Below, piece by piece: positions 19,656-29,230 of a stretch of 41,304 bases of DNA. The stretch comes from a virus. Within the stretch, counting starts at the first letter, position 1, and every line of letters starts with the position of its first letter. Under the pieces are notes generated by a model, which saw only the letters and a list, made by a program, of their open reading frames with translations, had not been told where the DNA came from and ran no database searches. The position numbers and the translations under genes were made by a program. The stretch lies in IMG/VR virus record IMGVR_UViG_3300045988_027240, positions 1 to 41,304 of that record, one strand, 5' to 3'.

Positions 19656-19914
19656 TGAGCTGCCTCATGGCCTGGTTGGCGCCGGTGGCGGCCAGGCCGG
19701 AGACGATGCCGATGGCCGCCGCCGTGATGTAGTCGGTGGCCGGGAAGTCCGGCATGAGGTACATGGCGGCGATGCCGAGGATCAGGCCGCAGACGCCGCA
19801 GATGATGGGGATCCACTTGCTGTCCACGGCGCTGGCCTTGACGGCCTGCCCGATCAGCAAACAGATGACGGTGATGGCCGCCACCCCCGTGATACCCAGA
19901 GTGTTGATATCCAT
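19648..19914 (-). CDS. holin
   Basis: 88 aa with three hydrophobic segments and a polar C-terminus. AAAGGAG SD. Immediately upstream of the endolysin. Confidence 0.75.
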   Translation of the reverse strand: MDINTLGITGVAAITVICLLIGQAVKASAVDSKWIPIICGVCGLILGIAAMYLMPDFPATDYITAAAIGIVSGLAATGANQAMRQLNE

Positions 19915-19956
19915 AGTGTGCTCCTTTCCGCGGGGGTCTCCCCCGCTTACGATTGC

Positions 19957-20946
19957 TTAGTGCAACTCAATAGACGAGACAACGCCGTTGGCACCTAGCC
20001 AAAGACCGCATTCGTCCCCCAAGGAATTGCGCAGCTTAATAATCTGGTGCTTTGCGGACAAATGCAGCGATTTTGTCCACGCTGCTCCGTGGAGGCGCAA
20101 GTACACGCCTATGCCAGGAGAACTGAAGCCTATTGTAGTGCTCATTCCTTTGAGCTGAAGTGCACAGTCGCCAGCACGTGTGGCAACGATCCACTCAGCA
20201 CCACCAGCGTAGCAACCGTCTCCAGAACGCAGTTCGCCATGATCCTGCGAGTTGTTTTGATCGATTGCGTATGCAGATTTCACCCCATCGAAGGCGACAG
20301 CATCATCAGATACTTTGTAGTATTTAAACCCGTTGTAGATGAAATGATCTCGCCCGTCGGTATCTCCGGTCCAGGAATACTCGTGCTCCACGGTCACGGT
20401 ATCATATACGTTGGATAGATCAACGTACTTCGCCGGGATCTGTACCACCTCAGTGATATCCGGATGTGTCAGCGAGCGGCAATACGTCTCACTGTCTACA
20501 TATATCATGTAGACGCCGGGATGCTCCCAATATGCGTTAAGCGCAGTAATTGGGCGGTATACGACCAGGGCGAATTCGCCAATAATTGTAAAACCATCGC
20601 CTTGGCCAAGGCCTGCAGCCTCAAAAGAACCGTACTCCTTCTCGACACCAGAAAGTACAGCCGAAACAGTGCTATTGCGAAGCTCGAACAAAGTGGGCGT
20701 CAAATCGGATACTCGGACAAAGGATGTATCGCCCAGATTGACGGTCTCTCGATCTCCGATTGTCCCATCCCACGAAATGCTTACAGCTGGATATTCCACA
20801 TCATAGCCATAGCTCTGTCCTTTCGTCCACAGCCTCCCGTCCGCATCTACGCCAACGGGCTCCGTCATCTCTTTTGTTTTCGGGCCCGGTCTCGCCAACT
20901 TGAAAGAAATTGCTTGGCACATCAGCCGCAAATTCTGCTTATTCAT
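19957..20946 (-). CDS. hypothetical 329-aa protein, AT-richer than the flanks (possible exchangeable receptor-binding or accessory module)
   Basis: GTGAGGGG SD and ATG start. No recognisable motif. Composition visibly differs from neighbouring genes. Confidence 0.5.
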   Translation of the reverse strand: MNKQNLRLMCQAISFKLARPGPKTKEMTEPVGVDADGRLWTKGQSYGYDVEYPAVSISWDGTIGDRETVNLGDTSFVRVSDLTPTLFELRNSTVSAVLSGVEKEYGSFEAAGLGQGDGFTIIGEFALVVYRPITALNAYWEHPGVYMIYVDSETYCRSLTHPDITEVVQIPAKYVDLSNVYDTVTVEHEYSWTGDTDGRDHFIYNGFKYYKVSDDAVAFDGVKSAYAIDQNNSQDHGELRSGDGCYAGGAEWIVATRAGDCALQLKGMSTTIGFSSPGIGVYLRLHGAAWTKSLHLSAKHQIIKLRNSLGDECGLWLGANGVVSSIELH

Positions 20947-20959
20947 ACTAGCCCCTCAC

Positions 20960-21208
20960 TCACTCGGGATTGTACATGGTGCCGTTTTTGGCAAGTGTCC
21001 CATTATCATCAAAAGTTTCCACATAGGTCACAGCAGCGGGGTCCGTCTGCGTGCCATCGCTGTTCTGCCAGTAAATACTTGTTGGGGAAATCACATTGCC
21101 GTCCCCTTTGTCGATGCGAACAATGCCGTCCATAAAAGCATCGTAGACCTGTTGAGCGGTTGCCTCAGCATCGCCAAGCCACAAACTATACGTTACAGTA
21201 ATCGCCAT
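20960..21208 (-). CDS. hypothetical 82-aa protein
   Basis: ORF with ATG start directly after the upstream small ORF. No recognisable motif. Confidence 0.45.
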   Translation of the reverse strand: MAITVTYSLWLGDAEATAQQVYDAFMDGIVRIDKGDGNVISPTSIYWQNSDGTQTDPAAVTYVETFDDNGTLAKNGTMYNPE

Positions 21209-21209
21209 C

Positions 21210-21389
21210 TTATCTTTTCTCCTTCCGTTGGAACACCGTTACCTGTGCGGACGGGTTTTGGCTATTGCCACCCAGTCCGGCTTTTTCAGCGGACATCCTC
21301 TTTGCCTCGTTCCCGTCCACCAGGATAATGCTGGCATCCCGCGGAAGCTCTTCCAGCTCAGCCAACTCTGTTACTTTGCGAAGTTCCAT
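21210..21389 (-). CDS. 59-aa ORF below the track cutoff
   Basis: AAGGAGG 7 nt before ATG 21389. MELRKVTELAELEELPRDASIILVDGNEAKRMS… resembles the N-termini of fibre/spike proteins. Confidence 0.4.
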   Translation of the reverse strand: MELRKVTELAELEELPRDASIILVDGNEAKRMSAEKAGLGGNSQNPSAQVTVFQRKEKR

Positions 21390-21401
21390 AATACTACCTC
21401 C

Positions 21402-22193
21402 TTACCACCAAAGAACGTTTCCGTTTTCATCCGCTAAAACAGCGCCGCTGCCATCTGCGACAGCCGCCAGCAGTCTATTTTCGGTCAATACATCCAGGAT
21501 ATCAGAGACCGTCAGCTGGTCCGGCTGCCATTGTGCCCCGTCCGCCGTGCGGACCACGATGTCCCCCGGGTCTCCGCCGGGCGGCAGGCTGCCGTCAATG
21601 GCGATGGGCAGGCCCGTGTCCCGGTACTCCCCATCCTGCCAGATGAGCCAGGTCTGGGTCGCCTCGTTGATGCGGGGCGGGTGCTCCGTGGCGTCCTGGG
21701 CAGCCTTGGCCGCGCCCGCCGCCGCCTCCGCCGAGCCCTTCGCCGCCTTGGCGGCATCCTCTGCGGCTTTTTGGGCCTCCTGGGCGTCCTTGGCGCCCTG
21801 CTGGGCCGCTGCGGCGTCCTTGCCCGCCTGGTCCAGCCAGCCCTGCTGCACCTCGCCGGGGTCCCCGCAGGCGCAGAGGGAAGGCGCCACCAGCGTCCGC
21901 CAGGTCTGGGACTTGGCCAGCGTGTCCCCCACGTAGTAGGAGAGCTGCACGTCGCCCCAGCCGGGCTTGTCCACATCGGCGGCCCGCAGCACCCAGACCG
22001 CCGTGTCCTTGTCCTGCGTCACGCCGCAGGGATAGGGCTCCGCGTCCCCCGCCCGCATGGCGCAGAGGCTCACGGCGCCGGCGCCGTAAGCCGCCCGCCA
22101 GGCCCGGAGGTCGAAGACCACCTGCCGCGCCACATTTTCGCCCTTCCGCCCCAGCGCCAGGTGGACGCCGGGATGGGCATAGATACTCTGCAT
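21402..22193 (-). CDS. BppU-N-like baseplate/fibre protein with Ala/Lys/Gln-rich coiled coil
   Basis: ATG 22193 after AAGGAGG. N-terminal HLALGRKGENVARQVVFDL…PYPCGV…WVLRAADV matches the BppU N-domain pattern. Confidence 0.55.
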   Translation of the reverse strand: MQSIYAHPGVHLALGRKGENVARQVVFDLRAWRAAYGAGAVSLCAMRAGDAEPYPCGVTQDKDTAVWVLRAADVDKPGWGDVQLSYYVGDTLAKSQTWRTLVAPSLCACGDPGEVQQGWLDQAGKDAAAAQQGAKDAQEAQKAAEDAAKAAKGSAEAAAGAAKAAQDATEHPPRINEATQTWLIWQDGEYRDTGLPIAIDGSLPPGGDPGDIVVRTADGAQWQPDQLTVSDILDVLTENRLLAAVADGSGAVLADENGNVLWW

Positions 22194-22203
22194 ACCCGCC
22201 TCC

Positions 22204-22500
22204 TTACCGCAGCACCCTGCGGCCCTTGACCTCGTACCAGCTGCCACGGAGGCAGACAAGGGCGGGCATCTCGCCGCAGTCGCAGTCCACCAGCTCATCG
22301 TCCCGGACCTGCACGGGGTCCAGGGTGCCGGTGCCGGTGTCCAGCAGGCCCCAGCCATCGGCGATCATCTCGGGCGTCAGCCGGGGGCGGTCCGGGTCCA
22401 CCAGGATGGGGTGGCCCAGCTCCCGAAGACGCCGGTTGCACTCCTCCAGGGTGATGCCGCCCTGGGCGTAGGCGTTGATGGTCTCAGTAACCTTGCTCAT
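22204..22500 (-). CDS. hypothetical 98-aa protein
   Basis: GAGAGGAG SD and ATG start. No recognisable motif. Confidence 0.5.
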   Translation of the reverse strand: MSKVTETINAYAQGGITLEECNRRLRELGHPILVDPDRPRLTPEMIADGWGLLDTGTGTLDPVQVRDDELVDCDCGEMPALVCLRGSWYEVKGRRVLR

Positions 22501-22515
22501 GCTCTCGCTCCTCTC

Positions 22516-22812
22516 TCATATCCCGCCGCTCAGCAGCCAGGCGGCAAAGGCCCCCACCAGAGCCGCCAGCAGCGTGCTCACGATGCTGTCCCAGCGCTTG
22601 CCGGGCCGGGCCGCCAGGCCCTTGACGTCCTCCTTGATCTCCGCCAGGTCCTGCTTGACATGCCCCTGCTCGTTGGCCAGCTCCCGCACGGAGGAGGTCA
22701 GCTCCAGCAGGGCTTTCTGGTCTGCCTCCAGCTTCTTGATCCGCCCCTCGTTGCGCCGGGACCGGTCGTCCACCTCCTGCAACCGCCGCACATACTCAGT
22801 CTCGTTGTCCAT
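22516..22812 (-). CDS. xhlA: XhlA-family (hemolysin XhlA-like) lysis-associated membrane protein
   Basis: 98 aa. N-terminal coiled coil (RLQEVDDRSRRNEGRIKKLE…) and a single C-terminal TM helix (IVSTLLAALVGAFAAWLL). Confidence 0.7.
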   Translation of the reverse strand: MDNETEYVRRLQEVDDRSRRNEGRIKKLEADQKALLELTSSVRELANEQGHVKQDLAEIKEDVKGLAARPGKRWDSIVSTLLAALVGAFAAWLLSGGI

Positions 22813-22830
22813 GGGTCACCTCCTCAAAAA

Positions 22831-23595
22831 TTATCGGATCCGCTCGATGCGGACGCATCCCGCGCCGCCGGACCCCGCACCCAGCCAGCCGGTATAGTAG
22901 GCGTCGTTGCGGACTGCGGTCGGCTTGCCGCCTCCTCCGCCGTAGCCGCCTCCGCCTCCGGCCCCGGCGTAATAGCCCGTGGTACTGCCAACAAGATACA
23001 GGTTGCCGGCAGCTCCGCTGCCGGCCCCGCGGCTGCCGGTCCTGCCGCTGCTGGTATGTGTGTCGCCGGACTTGGACAGCGCATATCCGCCATCGCCTCC
23101 GTCCCCGCCGAAGAGGCCCGCCCCTCCGGCTGCACTTACCGCCTCGTCGTTCCGCAGGCCTGCCGCTCCGCCGACGGAGCGGAAACTGGCGTCATAGATG
23201 CCGTCCGGCGGCGTGACGTCCGGAGTGTCGGTCCCGTTGCTAGGAAATGCCACCACGCCAGAGCCGGTAACGGACCCCGCCGTCTTGCCGCTGCCTCTGG
23301 CGGCGGAGATCAAAGCGCTCCCGCCGTAAGAGAGTGTGCTGGCCATATCCGAAATGGTAGCCGTCAGCACCGCTCCCGCCGGGAGATACTTGTCCAGATA
23401 TCCGCCGCCGCCTGCACCTCCGGGAGCAGGGGTGGAGAGCGGATCGGAATCATCTCCGTATCCGCCGGCGCCATGCCCGATGGCGATAATGCGGTACCAT
23501 CCGGCATAGGGGACGGTATAGGTGCCGCTCTCCGTCAGGAGCGCCAGTACCGGGCGGAACTGGGCGGACACGCCGCCCACACTGAGCTGTCCCAT
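22831..23595 (-). CDS. glycine-rich tail fibre/tip protein
   Basis: 254 aa. Repeated GGAGGGG / GGDGGDGG / GAGGGGGYGGGGG blocks and a C-terminal GGAGCVRIE. Typical phage glycine-rich domain proteins. Confidence 0.6.
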   Translation of the reverse strand: MGQLSVGGVSAQFRPVLALLTESGTYTVPYAGWYRIIAIGHGAGGYGDDSDPLSTPAPGGAGGGGYLDKYLPAGAVLTATISDMASTLSYGGSALISAARGSGKTAGSVTGSGVVAFPSNGTDTPDVTPPDGIYDASFRSVGGAAGLRNDEAVSAAGGAGLFGGDGGDGGYALSKSGDTHTSSGRTGSRGAGSGAAGNLYLVGSTTGYYAGAGGGGGYGGGGGKPTAVRNDAYYTGWLGAGSGGAGCVRIERIR

Positions 23596-23599
23596 CCCC

Positions 23600-24148
23600 T
23601 CACCTCCCGATGGTCACCTGCAGCTTGATGGCCGCAGTGGGCTTGTTGACGACCCTGCAGTAGAGATAGCCGTTTTGGCGGCATCCTACGTAGGCCCCCG
23701 GCTCCTGCAGGCAGGCGAAAGCCTCGTCGTTGGCCTGGGACCCGCTCTCGCTGCGCACCGGGTCTACCCGTGTCCGGGTGTCGTCCGTGGTCAGGAGGCC
23801 CGCCACCGCCACGCTCTGGGTGTACCCGCCGGTGACGGCTGTCCACCCGGAGACCGTCAGCGTCGCCTGGATGGGCTTTCGCAGGATCCCCGCCAGGGCC
23901 TGGTTGACGGTCGGGTCCCCCGTGAGCCCCAGCTTGCTGGCCGTGGTATCGTCCAGCAGATTGGCCTTATTGAGTAAGGTGGGCTTCTGCTCCCATCCGG
24001 CATCGTTCAACCCGTTCAGGTCAATAGGCAAGGTTCCTTCCACAAGAGCCGCAGCAAACGTCTCATAGTCAGGATACAGCGTGAGGAAATTCGCTACCGA
24101 TTTCAAATACCGGCTGTTGCCGGTTGCTTTGATGATTCCGTCTTTCAC
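23600..24148 (-). CDS. tail fibre-associated protein
   Basis: GTG start in a GTGA overlap. 182 aa. Assigned by position in the fibre module; no named motif. Confidence 0.5.
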   Translation of the reverse strand: MKDGIIKATGNSRYLKSVANFLTLYPDYETFAAALVEGTLPIDLNGLNDAGWEQKPTLLNKANLLDDTTASKLGLTGDPTVNQALAGILRKPIQATLTVSGWTAVTGGYTQSVAVAGLLTTDDTRTRVDPVRSESGSQANDEAFACLQEPGAYVGCRQNGYLYCRVVNKPTAAIKLQVTIGR

Positions 24149-24648
24149 AATTCACCACATCCAATCTCACCGCACCCCCACCAGGAGGAGAGCATTTTTG
24201 TGATAGCGCTGTCCAACTGGGACAGCATCCTTTCGATATCGTTGGCCTTCTCGATCCTCAAGCCATCGCTCTTCCCGGCGGCGGAGGGATAGATTCGGAC
24301 GGGAATCTCCGGCAGACTCGATAGCTCCCCGACAGCACCGCGGATCGCGGAAACGTCCGCCAGGTATTTTTTCAGTTGCGCGACTGTGGGGGTATCAGTA
24401 ATGGCCCAATCCGTCTTTGGAGTGACATTCACGGAGTATCCATAGTTCCGCAGCCTATCGCGCAGATACACAATGGCGTTGCCCACACGGTTGAGGTCTC
24501 CGGCATTGTAGGATCCATGCAGTGCCGCACCATCCCATTCGATGCGCTCTTCCGCTGTCATGGCGGCATATTCCTTTTGGTGGAGGTATTCCCACCTGGC
24601 AAGGTCTTCCGGTGTTCGATCAAACACCAGCGTATCGATAACGCTCAC
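24145..24648 (-). CDS. tail/baseplate-associated protein
   Basis: GTG start after a GGGGGTG SD. 167 aa. Assigned by position only. Confidence 0.45.
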   Translation of the reverse strand: MSVIDTLVFDRTPEDLARWEYLHQKEYAAMTAEERIEWDGAALHGSYNAGDLNRVGNAIVYLRDRLRNYGYSVNVTPKTDWAITDTPTVAQLKKYLADVSAIRGAVGELSSLPEIPVRIYPSAAGKSDGLRIEKANDIERMLSQLDSAITKMLSSWWGCGEIGCGEL

Positions 24649-24650
24649 TT

Positions 24651-26108
24651 TTACACCCCCAGACTATCGCAACGTGCGGCGATGGTGTTGGACAGCGTGA
24701 TCTCCATCCGGACGATGTTTCCGGTGTTGGTTTCGCCCCACGGGTTTGGTAACTTCACGCAATCTCCGAGTTTCTCCCCGGCCAGAACGACTTTCCCGTT
24801 GAAGGTATTCCGCCTCGCGTAATAATCATATACGCGGCGGGCTACCGCCTGGCCGATAGTGGGAGATACCAGCGTAGCGCCGGTGACTTCCACGACATTT
24901 TCTTTGTCCGTCGCCGTCACATTGGGGTTTTTGATGCTATACACCTGCGTCGTGTCCTTATACTGCTTTCCGCCGACAGATATCGTGCCGCCGGAATCCT
25001 CGGTGTAGGTATGCGCTGTCACCCTGACCTCCGTCACGGCGGATGCGGTGCGTACCGCAGCGCCGGAATAAACCCGGTTTGGGTCGATCTCCGCCGGAGT
25101 GGATGCGGTCGCGAAGATCCGGATCTTATCCGTTCCGTCGGTTGCAGCGCAGACGCCCCATGCGAAGAGCACCTGCTGCAGGGCCTCTTTGCGGGTGCAG
25201 GGAGCAATGATCCCGGTTAGGGTGGTATCTGTAACCCCGGAATATTCCACGCCGAAAATGCCGCCCAGGATCTCCGCCACAATGGCCTTGGCGGACTTGC
25301 CGGAATACACGCCCCCGGAAAATTGGCTGTCACCCAGAACACCAGGCGCATCTTTGCACTCGATATCATAGAGCCTCGCCCCTCGGCGGCTGGAACTGTC
25401 GATGTAAAAGACACCTACAAGGTCGCCGTCGCTACGGACTTCCATCGGCTGCTTCAGCTGGAACATATACTCGGCGTCGGACTTGCTGTCCAGCGTCCAG
25501 CGGAAAGTAGATGCCGCCAATCGTGCAGACAGCAGGTCTGTTTCCGCCACAATGGAGGCATTCCGGAATTCCTCTGCGTCGAAATACCGCCAAATGCCGA
25601 AAAGGATCCTCTCCAGTTTGGCGTAGTGGTACGGAAGGTTGGTTTTCTTTAGGGTGATCTGCACACCATCATAGGCGGTAACGGCGTTTTCGCAGAAGTA
25701 GGTGCTCCTGTCTGGGTAAAAGGTCTTAGTCTCCTTTACCGTCCCGCCCTGCATCCACTGAATGCTCACCTCGCTGCACCATTCGTCCCCAGCGGTATCA
25801 AACAGCAGCATGATTCCCATGGAGGAATACTGCTCATCAAACGAGATCTGGATACCGGGCGGGGAGGCAAACGCGCCGTCCGCGCCGGACTGCTCCGCAG
25901 ACCACAGCGCGATCCGCTGTGTGTCCTTCGGCCACCGCTTACCGTCCAGCGGCCAGCCGTTAGGCTCACAGGTGAGAATGGGCTGAGGCGTGATGCCGGA
26001 TGGGAGATTAGCGACCTCAGATGCAGCGTCTGCCCCGGTGGCAGCAACAGCCGCATCATCTTCCGCCCCGGGGGCAACGTCCTTGTAGCAGATGATGGTC
26101 TTGCTCAC
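24651..26108 (-). CDS. tail-associated (Tal/baseplate hub-like) protein
   Basis: 485 aa, GTGA-coupled. Sits two genes after the tape measure, as for siphovirus Tal proteins. Confidence 0.55.
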   Translation of the reverse strand: MSKTIICYKDVAPGAEDDAAVAATGADAASEVANLPSGITPQPILTCEPNGWPLDGKRWPKDTQRIALWSAEQSGADGAFASPPGIQISFDEQYSSMGIMLLFDTAGDEWCSEVSIQWMQGGTVKETKTFYPDRSTYFCENAVTAYDGVQITLKKTNLPYHYAKLERILFGIWRYFDAEEFRNASIVAETDLLSARLAASTFRWTLDSKSDAEYMFQLKQPMEVRSDGDLVGVFYIDSSSRRGARLYDIECKDAPGVLGDSQFSGGVYSGKSAKAIVAEILGGIFGVEYSGVTDTTLTGIIAPCTRKEALQQVLFAWGVCAATDGTDKIRIFATASTPAEIDPNRVYSGAAVRTASAVTEVRVTAHTYTEDSGGTISVGGKQYKDTTQVYSIKNPNVTATDKENVVEVTGATLVSPTIGQAVARRVYDYYARRNTFNGKVVLAGEKLGDCVKLPNPWGETNTGNIVRMEITLSNTIAARCDSLGV

Positions 26109-26500
26109 GGTTTCACCTGCGCTTCCATGGGTATGAAATTAACCTCGATTTCGCCCCAGTAATTGGCCCCATTCTCTACCTTTTCCAGGTCCTGCGTTGC
26201 GCTGGTGTAGTACGCCTCGTAGGAGATGGAGGTCTGCCCGTCAGCGGCCTCCAGGAGGACAGAATCGTCCACACTGTGCTGGTACAGGTAGTCCCAGAAC
26301 TCGTCCAGGCCAGCGTAGTTGTTGCCCCGGCGGAAGACGGTGATCTTGTGCCCCAGGTAGGTGCCGATGATGTCCCGGATCATCCGGCCCGTCATGGCGC
26401 GGCCCGCATTCTCGCCGTCCAGGACGTTGAAATTGCGGTTGTACTTGGAGATGGCAACATCAGCGTCGAAGCTGCGACCGTTGAGCTTGATATATCCCAT
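26105..26500 (-). CDS. small distal tail protein (Dit-like)
   Basis: 131 aa, immediately after the TMP stop. IKLNGRSF…LDGENAGRAMTGRMIRDIIG resembles small distal-tail family proteins. Confidence 0.5.
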   Translation of the reverse strand: MGYIKLNGRSFDADVAISKYNRNFNVLDGENAGRAMTGRMIRDIIGTYLGHKITVFRRGNNYAGLDEFWDYLYQHSVDDSVLLEAADGQTSISYEAYYTSATQDLEKVENGANYWGEIEVNFIPMEAQVKP

Positions 26501-26501
26501 A

Positions 26502-28535
26502 TCACACCCCCGTAAGGCTCACGCCGATGCGGTTTCCTTCGGCCTTGTTGAGCTGGTACACCACCCGGCCCAGAACGTCCCGGTCAAGCATCAGGACCGC
26601 CTCGCTGCTGCCGCTGTAGCCGCTTTCCGCAAGGGCCTGCTTGAATGCCTGAACCATCGTCGCCAGCGGCGTTTCAATGTTCGTCCCGCTCCGCTGGTCG
26701 CCCAGCACGGCCAAGAACTCCCGGTTTGGCGGGATAACAGCGCCACGGGCCAGAGCTGGGACGCTCCTGTACGTCGGCATACTGTGGGCGGAAATATTGC
26801 CGGTAAAGCTGGGATTCACCAGGGAGACTTTGGAGCCGTACCCTTTCACGGCGGAATCATCGACCTCCGACACAAAGAGCCGGAGAATCAGACCGATGGA
26901 CAGAGAGATCACAAAGGCGGCGCCGGTGCTCACAACGCCCAGCGCTGCCAGCGCAACCCCGAAGGCGCCCGCTACCAGGCCGAGAATGATACCCTGCCCG
27001 ATCTTGCGGAAGGTCTCGGAGCGGTCCTTTGGGTCCTTGTCCAGCTCATAGAGCAGCAGACCGACGGCAAGACCGATAGAGAGGCCAACGACCGTCCCTA
27101 CGCCGGGGGCTACCTTGCTTCCGATCACGATACCCAGGAGAGCGCAGAGAACGACCATCAGTTCCCGGAAAAGCTCCGGAACGCCGCCCTGCTCCTCCTG
27201 TGCGAAGTCCACCAGGAACAGCCCCAGCACAGCGCCCAGGCTAAAGCCGACGCCAGCGCCCACGATCCCGGTGAAAGCGGCGCCCAGTACGGCCCCGATC
27301 AGGCCCGCAATGACCACCGTCCACATCTCCTTTGCTCCCATCTCATTCTTCCAGTACTCCGGGTCAAAGCCCGTGATGTAAAGCCCGATCATCGCCCCCA
27401 GCGTCAGACCGATCACCGCTCCGGTGAAGCCGCCGAAGGATGCCCCCAGCGTAGCGCCCAGAAGCGCCGTCATGGCCGTCAGCCAGGTCCCCTTGCTCTT
27501 CGGGACAATCTTGCTGTCAAAGCTCCATTTCAGGTCATCGATCACGATATCCATACCGGCCCGAATCGTCCGAAAGACATTGTTGATCTTCTCGAAGAGG
27601 CCGGACAGCTTCTCCAGCATAGGATTTGCGTCCAAATCAAAGTCCGGGCGGATAGCTGATACTCCACCGCCTCCGGAGGAATCCGAGGTCAGACGATTGA
27701 TCTCGTCAAAGGACGCCAGCTGCCGGGACGCCTTCTTTGCCGCGGCGCCCGTGGCGCTGATAGCGTCCGCCTCTTCGTAAAGACCCTTCGCCGCCGCCTC
27801 CATGCTCTTCCTGCTCCGCCCCGTCAGGATGGCCGCAATGGTCATGATCTCCGTTACGATGGCGGAGAGCAGGTTCATGAGCCAGGTGAGCGCCGGAATG
27901 ATATCCTGAAGGATAGGCGCCGCAAAGGTGAGCAGCGCTCCCTTCAGTCGGGCAATCGCCGCAGATGCCTCCGCATTGCCACGTATAACTTCTGCGGTTT
28001 GTTTCCGTAAGGCTGTTAAGGCCGCCGTGATTACGGAGAAGAACAGCGCACTTGCCGCAAGGCTCTTCATGCGCTTCGAGATACCCTGGATTCGCTTTTC
28101 CGCCATCTTCGATGCCTCGGAAAAATTTTGTGCTCCTTTTGCCGCCCGGCCCATTTTATCATAGAGGGCGCCCGCCTTTTCTTTGGCGGCATCCAGTTCA
28201 ATGTTGGCGCTCTGCAACTCATCGTTGATTTTTCCAACCGCACCGTTTATGTGGTTATACTCTGACTGGAGCGTGCGAACACGGCTTGACTGCTCCGAAA
28301 TATCCGCCTTATTGAAAGTCCCGACAGGGGATGCCTGCATATCCACAAGGACTTTCCTGGCCTCAAAAAGCTCCTGTTTAATGGTTTTAAGCCGTTCCTC
28401 CAGGGGCACTTTCTTTGCGCCAAGTTTTACAATCTTCTCTTCCAAAGAGTTGATATTCCTGATTGTTCGATCGAGTTCCTTCTGAAGCTGAGAGTTGTCC
28501 AGACTTGTGCTGAAAATCACTTCGGCGTCAGCCAT
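26502..28535 (-). CDS. tape measure protein
   Basis: 677 aa. N-terminal coiled coil, central Gly/Ala-rich hydrophobic repeats. Located after the tail chaperones. Confidence 0.9.
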   Translation of the reverse strand: MADAEVIFSTSLDNSQLQKELDRTIRNINSLEEKIVKLGAKKVPLEERLKTIKQELFEARKVLVDMQASPVGTFNKADISEQSSRVRTLQSEYNHINGAVGKINDELQSANIELDAAKEKAGALYDKMGRAAKGAQNFSEASKMAEKRIQGISKRMKSLAASALFFSVITAALTALRKQTAEVIRGNAEASAAIARLKGALLTFAAPILQDIIPALTWLMNLLSAIVTEIMTIAAILTGRSRKSMEAAAKGLYEEADAISATGAAAKKASRQLASFDEINRLTSDSSGGGGVSAIRPDFDLDANPMLEKLSGLFEKINNVFRTIRAGMDIVIDDLKWSFDSKIVPKSKGTWLTAMTALLGATLGASFGGFTGAVIGLTLGAMIGLYITGFDPEYWKNEMGAKEMWTVVIAGLIGAVLGAAFTGIVGAGVGFSLGAVLGLFLVDFAQEEQGGVPELFRELMVVLCALLGIVIGSKVAPGVGTVVGLSIGLAVGLLLYELDKDPKDRSETFRKIGQGIILGLVAGAFGVALAALGVVSTGAAFVISLSIGLILRLFVSEVDDSAVKGYGSKVSLVNPSFTGNISAHSMPTYRSVPALARGAVIPPNREFLAVLGDQRSGTNIETPLATMVQAFKQALAESGYSGSSEAVLMLDRDVLGRVVYQLNKAEGNRIGVSLTGV

Positions 28536-28551
28536 GCTTTCACCGTCCTTC

Positions 28552-28581
28552 TTGACAAAAATCGGTTTTCATTGGTAAAAT
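28552..28581 (+). promoter_or_regulatory. promoter TTGACA-18-TAAAAT for the plus-strand moron
   Basis: TTGACA at 28552..28557, TAAAAT at 28576..28581, followed by a GGGAGGGG SD. Confidence 0.65.
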
Positions 28582-28601
28582 TACGGAAGGGAGGGGATAT
28601 C

Positions 28602-29225
28602 ATGCTAAAGCAGAAAACATTAACCGAAGAAGGCCAAAAGAGGCTGAACTCTGCTCTGATTATCTTGGTTTTGCTTACGCTCCTCACCGCAATCGTGCTG
28701 CTTTTCCTGGACAGCAGCGGAAGCGAAGCCAGCACGTCCGAAGAGCCTGCATACACGCGCCATCAGATAGCCCCCGGAGACGTATTCGACCCCGGCGGCT
28801 ACATGACGCTTGGCGATCTAGAGTTTTTGTACATCGGCAATTGTTGCTTCGATGTAACCAACACAGGCACTCAATTCGCAAGAATAACCGCAGAAATCAT
28901 CGGAGTAAAAGTCAACGGAGACCATGAGATTTTGCAAATACCGTCATTCGGCGGCATAGATGAAGCACAGTATGAAAAAGACCTGGAAGAGAACGGGTGG
29001 GCCGTAAAGAACTCAACAAACATCGTTCGGCCAGGAGAAACACTGCACGCAGAGCTTTCCGTTTTTGACTTCTACGCATTTGATAATGAGTATCCCGACG
29101 CCGATGTAGACGGCGATGGATACTGGGACATCATCTTCATGGCACATATGCAGGACAATGATACGGACCTCGCCGTTTCCATCCATGACCCCATTTCTGA
29201 GGCATATAAGCTGAAGGCCGAATAA
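28602..29225 (+). CDS. membrane-anchored protein of unknown function (moron inside the tail operon)
   Basis: ATG 28602 lies 6 nt after GGGAGGGG. TM helix ALIILVLLTLLTAIVLLFL, Ser/Glu linker and an Asp-rich ~150-aa domain. Opposite strand and AT-richer than the flanks. Confidence 0.7.
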   Translation: MLKQKTLTEEGQKRLNSALIILVLLTLLTAIVLLFLDSSGSEASTSEEPAYTRHQIAPGDVFDPGGYMTLGDLEFLYIGNCCFDVTNTGTQFARITAEIIGVKVNGDHEILQIPSFGGIDEAQYEKDLEENGWAVKNSTNIVRPGETLHAELSVFDFYAFDNEYPDADVDGDGYWDIIFMAHMQDNDTDLAVSIHDPISEAYKLKAE

Positions 29226-29230
29226 CCGGA

